A DNA stretch of 60,000 nt, from the NCBI RefSeq assembly GCF_009834535.1, contig NC_045696.1, positions 102,240,001 to 102,300,000 of the forward strand, in the 5' to 3' direction. Both the position numbers and the translations under genes were made by a program. This document shows positions 24,931 through 37,494 of this stretch, in pieces. Origin of the DNA: Camelus ferus (taxonomy: Eukaryota). The notes under the pieces were generated by a model. It was not told the origin of the DNA, did no database searches, and saw nothing but the letters and a program-made list of their open reading frames with translations. The stretch's first letter is position 1, and the number at the start of each line of letters is the position of its first letter.

Positions 24931-25299
24931 CTGAGCTATCTGTTAACTCATTTTGCTGAATCCACATCTCTAGAGGCAGGACACTAGCATGAGTGACTAC
25001 CTGTATTTGTAAGTGTCATTCTGATGGGCACTTCTGGCTAAAGACCATAAGCTAGTCTTAAAACCTCTATTTAGTGATGAGACAACACAGATCCAGATGA
25101 AGCAACCTGCTTATGATCATGCAACCTGTCAGACAGGCCTGAGAACAGATCCCAGGTCTTTTGACTGTCAATACAAGGCTTTAAGGGTCTCAGTAAAAAA
25201 TAAAAGAACAGAAGCCAAACTTGCAGAAATAATCACTCAACCATTCCATTAAACTAAGAGGTTTTTCACATATAATCTAGAATCATGAAGAATTAGAAC

Positions 25300-25640
25300 A
25301 TTCATCCCTTCATTGACTTGTTCAGCAAATATTTATTGAGCACCTACTATGTGCTTAGCATTGCTCTAAGTGTCGTGGATAAACAAAGAGCCAGCCAATT
25401 ACAATGTAAAGTCATAAGTCCCCTGATAGGCTGAGCACAGGTTGTACTAGGAATATAAGTTAGCCCAACCAAGGCCCAGGCCTCAGAGGAGGCTGCATAG
25501 AGAAATCAGAGGCTCGCTGAGCTCTGAAGAGCAGTTGGAATTAGGTAAAATTTGGGTGAGGGTTAAAGGAGAAAGAACCAGAGAGAAATTGGATGGGGGA
25601 AAAATGATTCAAGTATAGAAAACCATGTATGCAAAGATCT
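25300..25640 (-). mobile_element. L2 3' end
   Basis: ttcagcaaatatttattgagcacctactatgtgc is the classic reverse L2 tail. Confidence 0.85.
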
Positions 25641-26644
25641 CTTTACCCCACCATTGATTTCAGCGCCTTGAACATTGCACGTTCGCTGACAATGGTCATG
25701 ATTTGGGCCTGTCATCAGACTATACATGCAAAGCATGCTCTTTATACCCCTAATACTCTTCATCATAGTTTACCTATTAAAAGAGTCATTTTGAGGGGAC
25801 TGTGAATCATGGTACAGAGGAACCTAAGCTTCTTCATCATAGCATTCTCCTACCGTGTCTTGGGTAACATGTGCTTAGTAGAAGTTGAGGGTTTGACTGT
25901 TGCTTCGCACCTTCAATAAAAATGCCTGAGAGGGTACTTAAAATTCCTGTAATTTAAATGCAGCTATATATGACCTTCACCCATTTAGAACACATTTGCA
26001 AATTTATAACAGATTTAGTTTCACCTTTGCTGTTTAAAGATAAACAGGAAGCTACACATTTTCTGCAGCAGGGGTCCTTGCCTGAAAGCTTTCCTTGGTT
26101 CAATAGTCTTCTATTGTTATGAATAGAACATCAATATAATTAACATAAGAATCCCTTAGAGGCCAATTTTAAATGAAACCACTTTTAATTGCAGGTAATT
26201 CTTTTATTCCCCAAGATGATGCTAACTTTTCCAACTGAGTATGTGAAATATGTCAAGTCTCTGAACATCTAAACCCATCTAAAATGAAATGGTATAGTCT
26301 ATCAGTCCCCAAAAGTATAGAGTTCTGTCCTTTAGTTGGCCAAAACAAAGAGAAAAAGAAAGGTAAAACCAGAGTCAACATATCCATGACACAAACCAAA
26401 GTGTAAGTTTTGACAGTGAGTTCTGAATTACCTGTTTTTTAAGCAAAATGGCATGTGTTCTTTGGAAATAGTGTTTTGCTAAAAGAAACTCCTAAGTCAA
26501 TACTAATCTTTCATTTCTGGTGTTTTGCTGGCAGCCTAAGTAATTTATTTCAATCCTAAAGTCCTCTGTTTCCCAAATCTGCGGTGTGAAGAAGACAGGA
26601 GAAGTGTGCCCAGAACCTCCACACAGCAGATAACCAACACATAC

Positions 26645-26987
26645 TACTCTAGCCTGAATTGTGTCCCCCTCAAACTCATAAGCTGAAGCCCTAACTTCCA
26701 ATATGATGTTATTTGGAGATGGAGACTTTGGGAGATAATTAGGTTTAAATGAGGTTAGAAGGGTGGGAACCCTATGATGAGATTAAGGCCCTTAATAGAA
26801 GAGACACCACTGAGCCTGCTCTTGCACAACAAGCAGGCGGCCTTCTGCAAGCCAGAGATGGCTCGGACAGAACTTGGCCATGCTGGCATCCTCATCTTAC
26901 ACATCCCAGCCTCCACAACGGCCGGAAAGAAATTTCTGTTGCTGAAGCTACCCAGATGAAGGTATTTTGTTATGGCAGACTAAGACG
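26645..26987 (+). mobile_element. MaLR solo LTR, MLT1A-like
   Basis: ctgaattgtgtccccctcaaa ... tatttggagatgg ... aggtttaaatgaggt ... ggtattttgttatggcagactaagac. Confidence 0.9.
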
Positions 26988-27504
26988 CATGTCTCAAATG
27001 GAGCAATGAATGGCCATTAACTTGACAATTTTCTAGGCTCCAAATGTATAATCAGTAACTTTGGAATCATAAAGGATGAGTGGTACATAGGCAATCGTCC
27101 TTATGTGGAGTTCTAAATTGCTTCACTTTGTCCACTTAGTGACCTCACCTTGCTCCATTCCAGGCTTCCCGTGCTACCAGGCCATCTCACAGGTGGCATG
27201 TACCATATTTGCCACATGTGGCCAGGGCTACAGACATATGCTCTCTTCTCCAAAACATACATTGTTTTGTGGTTTTTTAAGTGGTCATTATATGGAGAAG
27301 GCATCCTCTTGTAGGGCCATCTTGGAGTTGGTTCTAATTAGCAATGTTCCTTAATATGCCACAAGTACAAGGAAGTGGCTGCACTTTTCTTTCTTCTTCT
27401 TCTTCTTCTTTTTTTTTTCAGAGATCTCCGTATTGCATCTCCTGTAAATATAGAGAGTTTTATATATAGGATATAGATTTTTTAGAAGTCAGAATAATGG
27501 TTAT

Positions 27505-27742
27505 CTTTTTTTGATTCAACTTTTTATTTTTTTAATTTTTATTTATTTTTTACTTTTTTAATTGAAGTATTGTTGATTTATAATGTTTCAGGTGAACAGC
27601 AAAGTGATTCAGTTATAGATATATATATTTTTTTCTTTTCCAGATTACTTTCCATTATAGGTTATGGCAAGATATTGAATGTAGGTCCCTGTGCTATATA
27701 GTAGGTCTTTGTTGTTTATCTTTTTTATACAGTAGTGTGTAA
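27505..27742 (-). mobile_element. L1 3'UTR end, cetartiodactyl-type, with T-rich tail
   Basis: ttttaattgaagtattgttgatttataatg ... acagcaaagtgattcagttata ... ccctgtgctatatagtaggtc. Confidence 0.85.
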
Positions 27743-29399
27743 ACAGATATCTTCTGAGTATGTTTTTAAAACAAGAACTGCCCATGAATAGATAATTTAG
27801 ATTTAAGAACCTAGTTACGCTAGTTTCACATAATAACAGTACAGTGTTAAACATATTTAGAAAGATACATTATGTCCTTCCTTGCCCTTGATATCTAACA
27901 TGGAAAGTTTACCATAAGCATGATACAGCAACTTTTAACTTTTATTCCAGTCTCTATTCTTTTCTTTCTCACAAAATTCAAAGTAAAAACAAAAGATAAA
28001 CCAACACACACATACACACGAATATTCAACAAAGCGAAAATAAATACTTAGAGCCTCATCACTCAGCGTTTCTAATACACACCACTTAATGTGGGGCGAT
28101 GCTGCTTTATGAGCATTTCTGGCAATGTGAGCTTAAGGAAAAGAGAAAATGGAAAGATCACCTTCTGTCTCCAAGCTTGTACCAATTAAACAGTGCTAGG
28201 AGCTTTACCTTCACCTATACATTTTCTCCTCAGATACAGAAGGCTGTTGCAAAACTGTTTCCTTCGATTCTCGTTTCCTAATGACACCATTTGTATTTCC
28301 TGGAGACATTATTGAAATATTCTCCAGTATTAAGGGTTATTAATATCCCCACTCTCTTGTCCTCAGCTGGGTCTGAGTGCTTGAACATCTCTGGTGGGAA
28401 ACTTTCCTTCCTGAGTACAATCATCTATGTGTTCAGAATTTCTGATGTATAAGAACTTTTTTTTTTATTAATATCTACTTCAAATGTTATCTTCCTTATC
28501 TTTGGGCCATTTCCTTGTCTACATGGAGATTTAGAATAATTTTCTTCCTCCATTACATTTTGTTCCTTGAAGGTAATTTTATAATCAGAGTGCATGTTCC
28601 CCTCTCTTTCTGAAGCTTCCTTGTTTCAGGCAAAATACATTAAATCTCTAGTCGAATCCTCTTGATCTTGTATTATGTCACTTGTCTCTTGGATATTCTC
28701 AGTGTGGAGTTAAGAAAGGAGCATTGTAGTCTAAGCTGCTAATCCAAGGGTAAAAACCAAAGTGCTTGTAGTGTTCCTCATCCTCCCCTATATCCAATGT
28801 CTGAAAGTCTTTTAATGTATGAATAAAAATTTGGAAATGTAGAAACCTAAATGATACAGTAAATATTATAAAGAGTGGACCATTGACAATTTTTGTATAT
28901 GACTTGAACCTTCCTATAAAAAATAACAGAATCACTACCTCTTTGACTTATACTTGATGTCATTATAAATGTTTATCTCCCCTGTTACATGGTATAACAG
29001 AGCGTGTAAATGTCTTGTAAGTTTTGTGTTACCCGAGACAGACTGTCCATTTTAACATTTTTACTTTACTACTTGTGCTTTTATTTCCTCTGCTTTGAAA
29101 TCTACATCTGTTTTTATGTCATCACACTTTGATTTGAAATTTTAGCAATTTAATCTTTAATACCTCTTCTTACAAATACACTTAATATATTCATAAAAAT
29201 TCATTAGATATTGTTATTAAAGAAGAAAAATAAACAAATAAAGCAGGTTTTCATAGATCAGCTTAGATTATAGTCTTTGTAAAAGTGTCTTATCAGGCTG
29301 GAGTAAATCTTAAATGTTATTTAATTATTTATTAATTTTCAGTGTTCCAATAAGCTTTTCTCTTGTTGTCTAACACATTCAATTTTTAAAAAGTACTTG

Positions 29400-30873
29400 T
29401 GCCCAGAAAGTTTTTTTGTAAATACAGACAATATTCTTTTTAAAATTTTATGGAAGGGCAAAAGATCTAAAATAGTTAAAACTATTTTGAAAATGAAATA
29501 TAAGAACCAGTCTCTCTGTCATTAAAGGTTACCCAGAATAAATATGACAATGTACCATTAAAAGGGATAGGACACATAGATCAGTGGAACAGAATAGAGA
29601 ACCCAAGAATAGAACCACACAGATATACCCAACTGATTATTGACAAAAGTGCAAAAGCAATTCAACAGAGTAATTAAACATCCATAGGCAAAAAAAAGAA
29701 AAAAAAATGATCCTCAGCCTACACCTTGCCCTTTATACCAGAATTAACTCAAAAGAGCATGGACATAGATGCAAAATGTAAAGCTATATAACTTTTAGGA
29801 AAACAATTTTAAACAGGGAAAAATCTTTGGGATCTAGAGCTAAGTAAAGACTTCTTAGACTTGACTTCAGATGATTCATAAAAGGGAAAATCAACAGATT
29901 AGGTTTTAACAGTAAAAAGCTACAAAGTGGAGGGAATATTTGCAAACTACATACCCAACAAAGGACTGTTATCTAGACCATATAAAGACCTCTCCAAATT
30001 TAACAATCAAAAATCCAACAATCCAATTAGAAAATGAGATAACGACATGAGCCATTTCACCCAAGAGCATATACAGATAACAAATGAGCACATTAACAAA
30101 TATTCAACACCAACAGAAAAATGCTAAAATAAAAATAGTGACGACACTAAATGTGGGTAAAGGTGCAGAGAAACTGAATGACATATATCGCTGGCGGGAA
30201 TGTGAAATGGTATAGCCATTCTGGGAAAGTTTGGTAATTTCTTTTAAAAATATGCAAATAATGAATAACTCAGTGATTGCACTCCTGGGCATTTATCTCA
30301 GAGAGATGAAAACTTATGTTCACACATACAGCAGCCTTATTTGTAATAGCCAAAACCTGGAAACTACCCAGATGTCCTTTAACAGATGATGGTTAAACAA
30401 ACGGTGGAACATCCATACCATGGAAATACTGCTAGACAATAAAAAGGAACAAACAATCAATACATTAGGCAACCTGGCTGACTATCCAGAGAATTATGCC
30501 GGGTGGGAAAAAAAAAAAAAAAAAACCAATCCCAAAAGGCTACATATTTCATGATTCCATTTATATAACATTCTTGAAATGGGAAAATTATAGAAATTGA
30601 TTACTGGGTGCCAGATGTTAAGGAGGGAGTTTGTGGGAGAGGAGTAGGTGTGGTGATAAAAGGGCAAAGTGAGGGATCTTTGTGGTGATGGAAATGCACT
30701 GAATCTTGACTGTATCAGTGTCAAATCCTGGTTGCAGTCTTGTACTAGAGTTTTGAAAGACGTTATCACGGGGTGGGGGGAGTGAGAAAAGGGCATACAG
30801 CAAGTCTCTATTATTTCTTGCAGCTGCCTGTGACTCTACAATTATCCCAAAATAAAAAGTTTAATTTTAAAAA
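29400..30873 (+). mobile_element. L1MC/L1MD-like ORF2 end plus 3'UTR
   Basis: gatcagtggaacagaatagagaaccca, attaactcaaaa, actcctgggcatttatc, atgattccatttatataacattct. Ends ctacaattatcccaaaataaaaagtttaatt. Confidence 0.9.
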
Positions 30874-30971
30874 GTGATTGTGTTTCTCAATAAACTGTAA
30901 AGATAAATTCAATGAAATGAGAACGAGACTCATGCGGATCCTTATTTCCTTTTTTTGGTTTTTCCTGTAAG

Positions 30972-31125
30972 GTTTGCGAGGAGCGATCGCCTTTGCCTTA
31001 GCTATTCGGAACACAGAATCTCAGCCCAAACAAATGATGTTTTCCACCACGCTGCTCCTCGTGTTCTTCACAGTCTGGGTGTTTGGGGGAGGAACGACCC
31101 CCATGCTGACTTGGCTTCAGATCAG
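30972..31125 (+). CDS. SLC9A9: SLC9A9/NHE9 coding exon (approx. exon 12), 154 nt, phase 1-2
   Basis: Long pyrimidine tract plus taag acceptor. Translates (G)[50 protein letters not shown](R), with the CPA1 GLRGA and GGGTTPML motifs. Donor CAG/GTGAGT at 31126. Phase matches the previous exon. Confidence 0.97.
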
Positions 31126-33363
31126 GTGAGTGACGCTGCTTGACGAAGGAAATCATGACGAGGCATGCCTGCACTGCTGTTCTTGTGTTGCTGACTTGGT
31201 CCAGAGTGCAACGGCATGTCTGTCCACTAACTTCCCCGGGGGTAAAGCAGACAAGGTGAAACAACATGACCCATCACCAATAGAACTGAACTTTTCCAAG
31301 AGTTCTAGAAATCTCGGATGATGTCTGTTTCCAGTCTGTCCCTAGGAATGAATTTATTTATCTATGATATCTTCCCTCCAGCCACATTTATTGAGTACAA
31401 TCTGATATGCTATGGAGTTTCCAAAATTGAGTAAGACCCAGGTCTTGGCCTCAAGATCTTCATGATCCAAAGAGATTAATACAGAAAAAGCTGTAATACC
31501 AAGGAGAAAATGAATTTGTTTTATTTTTAATTCCTCACAGCACTTAGGATAGAATTAGGGACACAGGAAATGCTTAAATGTATTTGATTAGTGAGCCATA
31601 TATTTAGCCCGAGGGATGCTATAGACACAGACTAGACAATTTCTCAAAGGAAGATGGGGTCAAGGCTTCCATCAGGGGCCCTCCAATGAGCAGTGCTGGG
31701 GAGATGACTGCCATAAAACTGAAGTATTCAGGGAGTAGACAATTTGATGAAAAATGAACAGCTGGTGCCAATTGTGAAAAGGGGTAAATCTGTTGTAAAA
31801 TGTTCTTGTCTTTATTTAAGTGTTTCTTTGACCTGGGTCCTCATTCTCCCAGAATGTAACAGTGCTTTACGTAAATCACATTTCACTTCCCAAAGCCATA
31901 TATCTTGATGATCAAGCAGCCCCTCCCTGGTCCCCACCCATTCTCTGTTAGGCAAATCTGTACCTACTACATGTGGCAGGAAAAGATCCATCTGACTGGA
32001 AAGGGACTTCCAAGAAAATTCTTCCAGACAAGGACTCTGTTATTCGAGCACCAGTGCAGTGCCTGGCACATGGCAGAACTGAATAAATAATTGCTACGTG
32101 AAAAAATTAAATGAACATAACCACACAAGTAAATTCCTTTTTTTAGGCTTTTACTGACAAATTTCTATCTATTTGACAAATAGAAGCAGAAACAGGGCTC
32201 ATGAATTTAGTATAAGAAAGCTTATGTCTAAACTAGGCCAAGTTGCTATGCATTAAGCCATATTCATGGGGGGGAAAAGGACCCCTTAAAGTACTGTGAA
32301 TATTACTAAACACAAAAAAGGACTTTGACCAAAGGTTGAAATGGAGAGAGCTTTGAAATGCTCACTGGACAATTTTCCAGGCAAAATGTGACCTGTAATT
32401 TCTTTCACAGTGCTCTGGATGAGCACAAATATGACATTAAATGCTATAGTGTTGGGTCCCATGTAAACTGATAGTAAGATAATGATGTGTTCGGGTTTCT
32501 GGAAAGTAAAATTCAGTAGGTGGATCCATGCATAGAAAAATTAGGACTTGGAAAGCAGGAGTTAGAGGAGACCAATCCCCAGCAGATAAACATATTGAAG
32601 GCTCTATCAGGTAAATTCAAATATTCAGAATATAAAGTAGTGATGTCAACATTTTTCTTGAAGTAATTCAAATATAACTTATTTTCTACTGTTGTCTTTC
32701 TTTTTACGCTTAAAGAGGTTGTCCCCAAATCAATAACATGTTTTACCTTAGAGTGTTTACCTAGCTCTCCTATGGTGTTTTCCAAACGTATCCATTGGCT
32801 TCAAATAGATGTCATAGCTTATGCAGTCTCTTGATGTCTGGGTCAGCAGGGAGAGGGTAATATAACAGTGGGGGTTTTGGCAGATTAGAGAGATTATTCA
32901 GGTTATAAAACAGAGCCTAATAAAAAAACATAGTAATGTCAACCATAGTGCCCACACGAGAGGGGCCTGGAGGTCATCTTAGGCCAGTATTATTATGGCC
33001 TTATGGCCTGCTAGGGGCACAGCATGGAGTTGCCAGGTCATGGATGCCTCAGTGAGAACTGGCCCCAAATGGCCCTGCTGATTCAGTGCCAGACTTGCCC
33101 ACCAGCCAGGAGGGGAGAGCAGTGAAAGCAGGACCCTGATGTATTTAGGGAAGGGAGCCAACAGGGCTCCAGTCTAGCAGGCCAGGTGGAAGTCCCAGCT
33201 GGGAACTAGTGTTAATCTGAAGTCAGGCAGAAACCCAGTTAGAGAGACCAGAGATCTGGTCATGAGGAAATCAGAGGGGGATAAGTGAGGTTTATAAGGA
33301 TGTGTGTACCCAGGAAGTCAACCCAGGCAGACAGGACACAGGGCAGGAGGACCGAGTTAAGAC

Positions 33364-33549
33364 CAAAAGCTCTCAAACTTTAATGAACATCAGAACCACT
33401 GGGAGGGGCCATTAAACCTCAGATTACTGGGCCCTTGCCCCAGAGCTTCTGATCAAGTAGGTCTGGGTCAGGGCCCAAGAACTTGCATTTCAAACCCATT
33501 CCAGGTAACACTGATGCTGCTGGTTCTAGGCACATTTTGAGAACCACTG
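33364..33549. mobile_element. MER5A MITE, full length, opposite orientation to the 21258 copy
   Basis: ctctcaaacttt ... ctgatgctgctgg ... ttttgagaaccactg. TSD gttaagac/gtttagac (7/8). Confidence 0.9.
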
Positions 33550-35112
33550 GTTTAGACTTATAACCCCACATGGAGATGGGGCTGGTATTAAATACTGTCA
33601 GATTTGGCTGGGGTTGCCCAAGGCCAAGAACACCTGAGCCTTCAGTTCACATATTTTAGGACCTATACCAGAAGGAAGCAGGTGCTCACTTGAGGAGAAA
33701 ATGCCACTGTGCATTCATCAATGGGAGGGAAATAGAACATAATAGAATAAACATAAAAGAACAGGACCATAAGTTAGTGTGTGTGCAAACACACACACAA
33801 GCATGACATAAATTTGGTTTGACCATGTTACAGTGACACCGTCTTATGCTCCACTTCCCTGTCATGGTTTATAATGCTATCAAAGAAATCCTCAATCTTA
33901 TTATAGCTTTTCAATGATAGTTGTCCATCACTTACACTATATTTAGCAAGACTTTGCTTGTTTACAGAGCAACATCTCATTAACTAACTTTCATGTCTGA
34001 CTCTTTCCATAAAATACCACAATGTAAGTAAATTGGAGCTTTAATAAAATGACACATAAAGGGAAACCCAAGGAGCAAGAATGCAAATGTGATGTTGAAT
34101 GAACTCAGACATCCTCACTTGGTTATGATTTATTTATACACTTTACATTGTCTTCCCTTCTTGATTTTTTTTCTAGATTTTTTCCTCTTAAATTATTAGG
34201 TATGTACTTGAGCTATTTTTTCAATCCCTATAAAATTTGCTATTCAGCTGCAAACTACCACAGTAAGATGTAGATAAAATGTTTTATATAAGGTAAAAAT
34301 TGATAATATTAGTATGAATTGCACTTTGATAGAAATAACTTCAAAACAGCAATGACCTCATGCTTAGAGAAACTCAGAATGATCTTTACATAGGAAACAA
34401 ATTCTCCATCGGTAAAGTCTTGTCCTAAGCACATTCAAATTTCTTGTCCTAAAGCTGTTTTTTTTTAAATAATAACAAGATATTTTTAATTCAGCATTTG
34501 AAATAAATCACAGGTCTTTGTTTCTTAAAGTTCTAGAGAAAAAGAAGATTCTTCCTGTATTATTTTGGAGATTTTCATGTAAAAGAAAGTAGAATGGTTT
34601 CTTGATTAGAATTCAAATCTCCTCTCTTCTGTAAAATACATTAATACTGGTGGTGAGAAAAACCCAACCCCCAGTCTCCAAGGACTAGCTCTGCTGTTGG
34701 CCAGGAAACAAGGGATCAAAGTGTCAGGCTTTGCCCTACAGAGGCCAGTAAACAGTATTATCTACCAAATGATCATACATGCTCACAAATAAGCCTCAAA
34801 ACCCAATAAGGCAGAGCTTTCAGGCAGTGGTAATTAATTTAGGGTGATAACCCCATCCTTAGTTTAGAGTAGAGCATCACATGGGGTTAACAAATCTCAT
34901 GAGAACGGAGCCCATACAACAGTACAAACCTTTCCTGGCTTCTCCCAGATAGTAATGCTGGACTCATCTCTTCAAAATATCTGAATCACAGTACAGAAAG
35001 CCTTGCACAGCAGAGCAATTCAGAACCTGTATTCCAGATGATAATGAGAAAGTGCCCTCATCAAGAGGATGTCTACAGCTTCAAGATTTTTGCTGCTTAT
35101 GTCTTAAAGAGT

Positions 35113-35345
35113 AATAGCCAGCTTTTATTGACTATTTACTCTGTGCTAGATATTAGATAATAAGGTGCAAGGCACAAACCTCCCTGTGACCCAGCCTCTA
35201 ATCTATCAAGTGGGGATGATAGTCGTAGCGACATCTTAGGATGCCTGAGGCCGGGAGAAGTGGCTCGGGGTCCCACTGTCAAGCTGCAGAGTCAGACTCC
35301 AAGCCGAGGCAGCCTGAGCCCAGGGCCTGCAGTCCCAGCTAGTTC
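35113..35345 (-). mobile_element. MIR SINE, diverged
   Basis: ttttattgactatttactctgtgctag start and aggcagcctgagcccagggcc end. Confidence 0.6.
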
Positions 35346-36154
35346 ATTCTTCTGCCACCCTAAATAAATGAGCTTTCTCTGCAATCTACCGTGATTAACA
35401 AATCCTCTGGAGGAAAAAGAGATGTACTTTTATAACCAAGACAGGCCTGTTAAAAAGAAACACAGGAAATCTTCATCCATCATGAGTGATTGGTTTGACT
35501 TACACAGCACAGACATTTTTCAGTGCAGATTTTTCTCTTTGACCTAGAAAAGTTAAAGGTAAACAAGGCCAGCCCTGATCTAAGGTAGCCAAGCGGGGAA
35601 GTTTGTCTTCCTCAATTATAGGAATTTGGAATTAGAGGAATTTATTACCCTCAGGCTCATCTTCCAACCCCATTTGGAATCCCAAGTAAGCCAGCTGTCG
35701 GCCTCTTCCACCCACAGATCAAACAAAAAAATTGCACAAACTGCCCTGTGTCCGTTGCAGAGTTAATAACTTGTAGATAGTGCAAGATCTCAACTATCAT
35801 TATTTTAGTTAAGAGTTTAAATTTTATTTGGGGTTTAGGGCCCATCCCATTTTATGTCATCCTAGAATGATTTCTTTACCATATATACCCACTGGTTACA
35901 AAATTTTTAATAACAGCCATCATGGGGATATAGACAGAGGTAAAGAGAGAACTATTTTTAGTAATATTTTTTTAATCTTAAACAATAACACTTAAATATA
36001 CCTGCTTACCTACAGACTTCTTGTATTGCTGAGGTGAGGAAATATCAATTTAATAAAATGGAATCATACATATAATCATGTTCCCTCACTAGCTGTGTTC
36101 TGTTTGGTTTTCTTTCTAGCATCCAAAGTCTCTTGCATGTTTAACAACTTGCTT

Positions 36155-36400
36155 CAGTGGTATATTAATGTAGTAAATCAGCACACACACTTTGGAGGTG
36201 GACGGTGTGGGGCTCAACCCTGTCTCCCTCTCTTACTAGCTGTGGGAACTTGAGCAATAAATTCAACCTCTCTATGCTTCAATTTCCTTCTCTGTAAAAT
36301 TGGAATAATAATAATACCTACCTCTTTGGATTGTTACATGAATTAAGAATTACATGTATAAATTTAGAGCACACAGTAAGTACTCAACAAATGTTGCTTT
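36155..36400 (+). mobile_element. MIR SINE, near full length
   Basis: cttactagctgtgggaacttgagcaa ... caatttccttctctgtaaaattggaataataata ... cacagtaagtactcaacaaatgtt. Confidence 0.9.
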
Positions 36401-37494
36401 AACAATACCCAAATGACCACATACGAACCTTTTCTTATCCACTCTTTTACTGCCTATGGCATATATATACACACATACATATACATAAAGTGTTACTAAT
36501 TAATTGTATTTGTGAAAGCATGGCTTACATGGGAAATATAAAGAAAGAGTCTCTGGGGAGCTTAGTTCATTTTATGTAGTGACTGGACTCATCAATTTTA
36601 CAGGCAGCTCCTATTTCTGCAGTCAAAATGATAAACCTCTTAAAGACAAATGCTCACAAAAAGCATTAAATTTATACCACAGCTCAGAAAGATTCTTTCT
36701 AGAGCATGCTTCTATTTTCTTCTTAACATAATAATCCTTGCTTAGAATCTTTTCAGGTATTTAATTTGCACCACATCATTGATTTGCATTGGGTTATTAT
36801 TTTGCATTGAGTTTGTACCAATTTGTATATTTTGTATCGATTTGTATTAATTGCCAAGCCCAAGAAATACCCTCTGACATGAAACATGGAAAACCAGTTT
36901 ATCCATTTGAATATAAACTTACACTTAGTGTTTCTTACCTATAATTACCACTGAAAATTATGTTCTGTTTTCTGTGGGTTCTTCTAAAAAAGTTTCAGAA
37001 CTTTTATGTATTGCTTAAGCCAATCTACTTTGGCATATTTTATTGAAGACATTGGATAACTCTAGTAACCTGTTGTTGACCTAAATAAATTCCAGGTTCT
37101 TAACAAGCATGAATTAGCGGCTCCTAAACTTGCTTCCAATGCCATCTGGGCTCTTTCATATGCTTTCTTTCTGTATACAGCATCTTCCCAGTTCCAGAGA
37201 TAACAGTCTTTATCTTCACAACTGCCAGCTACCCTCCACTAGGCAAGTTCTCATTTATCTTCTCCAACATGCTCTTGAAAACATCAGTATCAATAAGCTT
37301 CACCCATTTATTAAGTTTACCCAACAATGAACATTCTGCTCTATTGAAGAGAATTTTTTTGCCTGCTATCATAAAGTAAGACCCAATATAGATGCCTTAC
37401 TTAAAGTAATAGATGTATCTTTACTTTCGGTAGTAGATGAATTCTGAAAAAAATATTTTAAATTCAATACATGAAACTTTTGATTCAAAAGGCT

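Noticed and set aside
7647..26987. Two MLT1A LTRs as the ends of one provirus
   Set aside because: They are 19 kb apart with host exons between them, diverged, and the first has its own TSD, so they are independent solo LTRs.
30955..31143. 62-aa ORF overlapping exon 12
   Set aside because: It is an alternative frame; the NHE9 frame is set by the phase-1 splice.
21258..33549. Inverted MER5A pair flanking exon 12 as a circRNA driver
   Set aside because: The copies are short, old, diverged and 12 kb apart, so stable pairing is unlikely.
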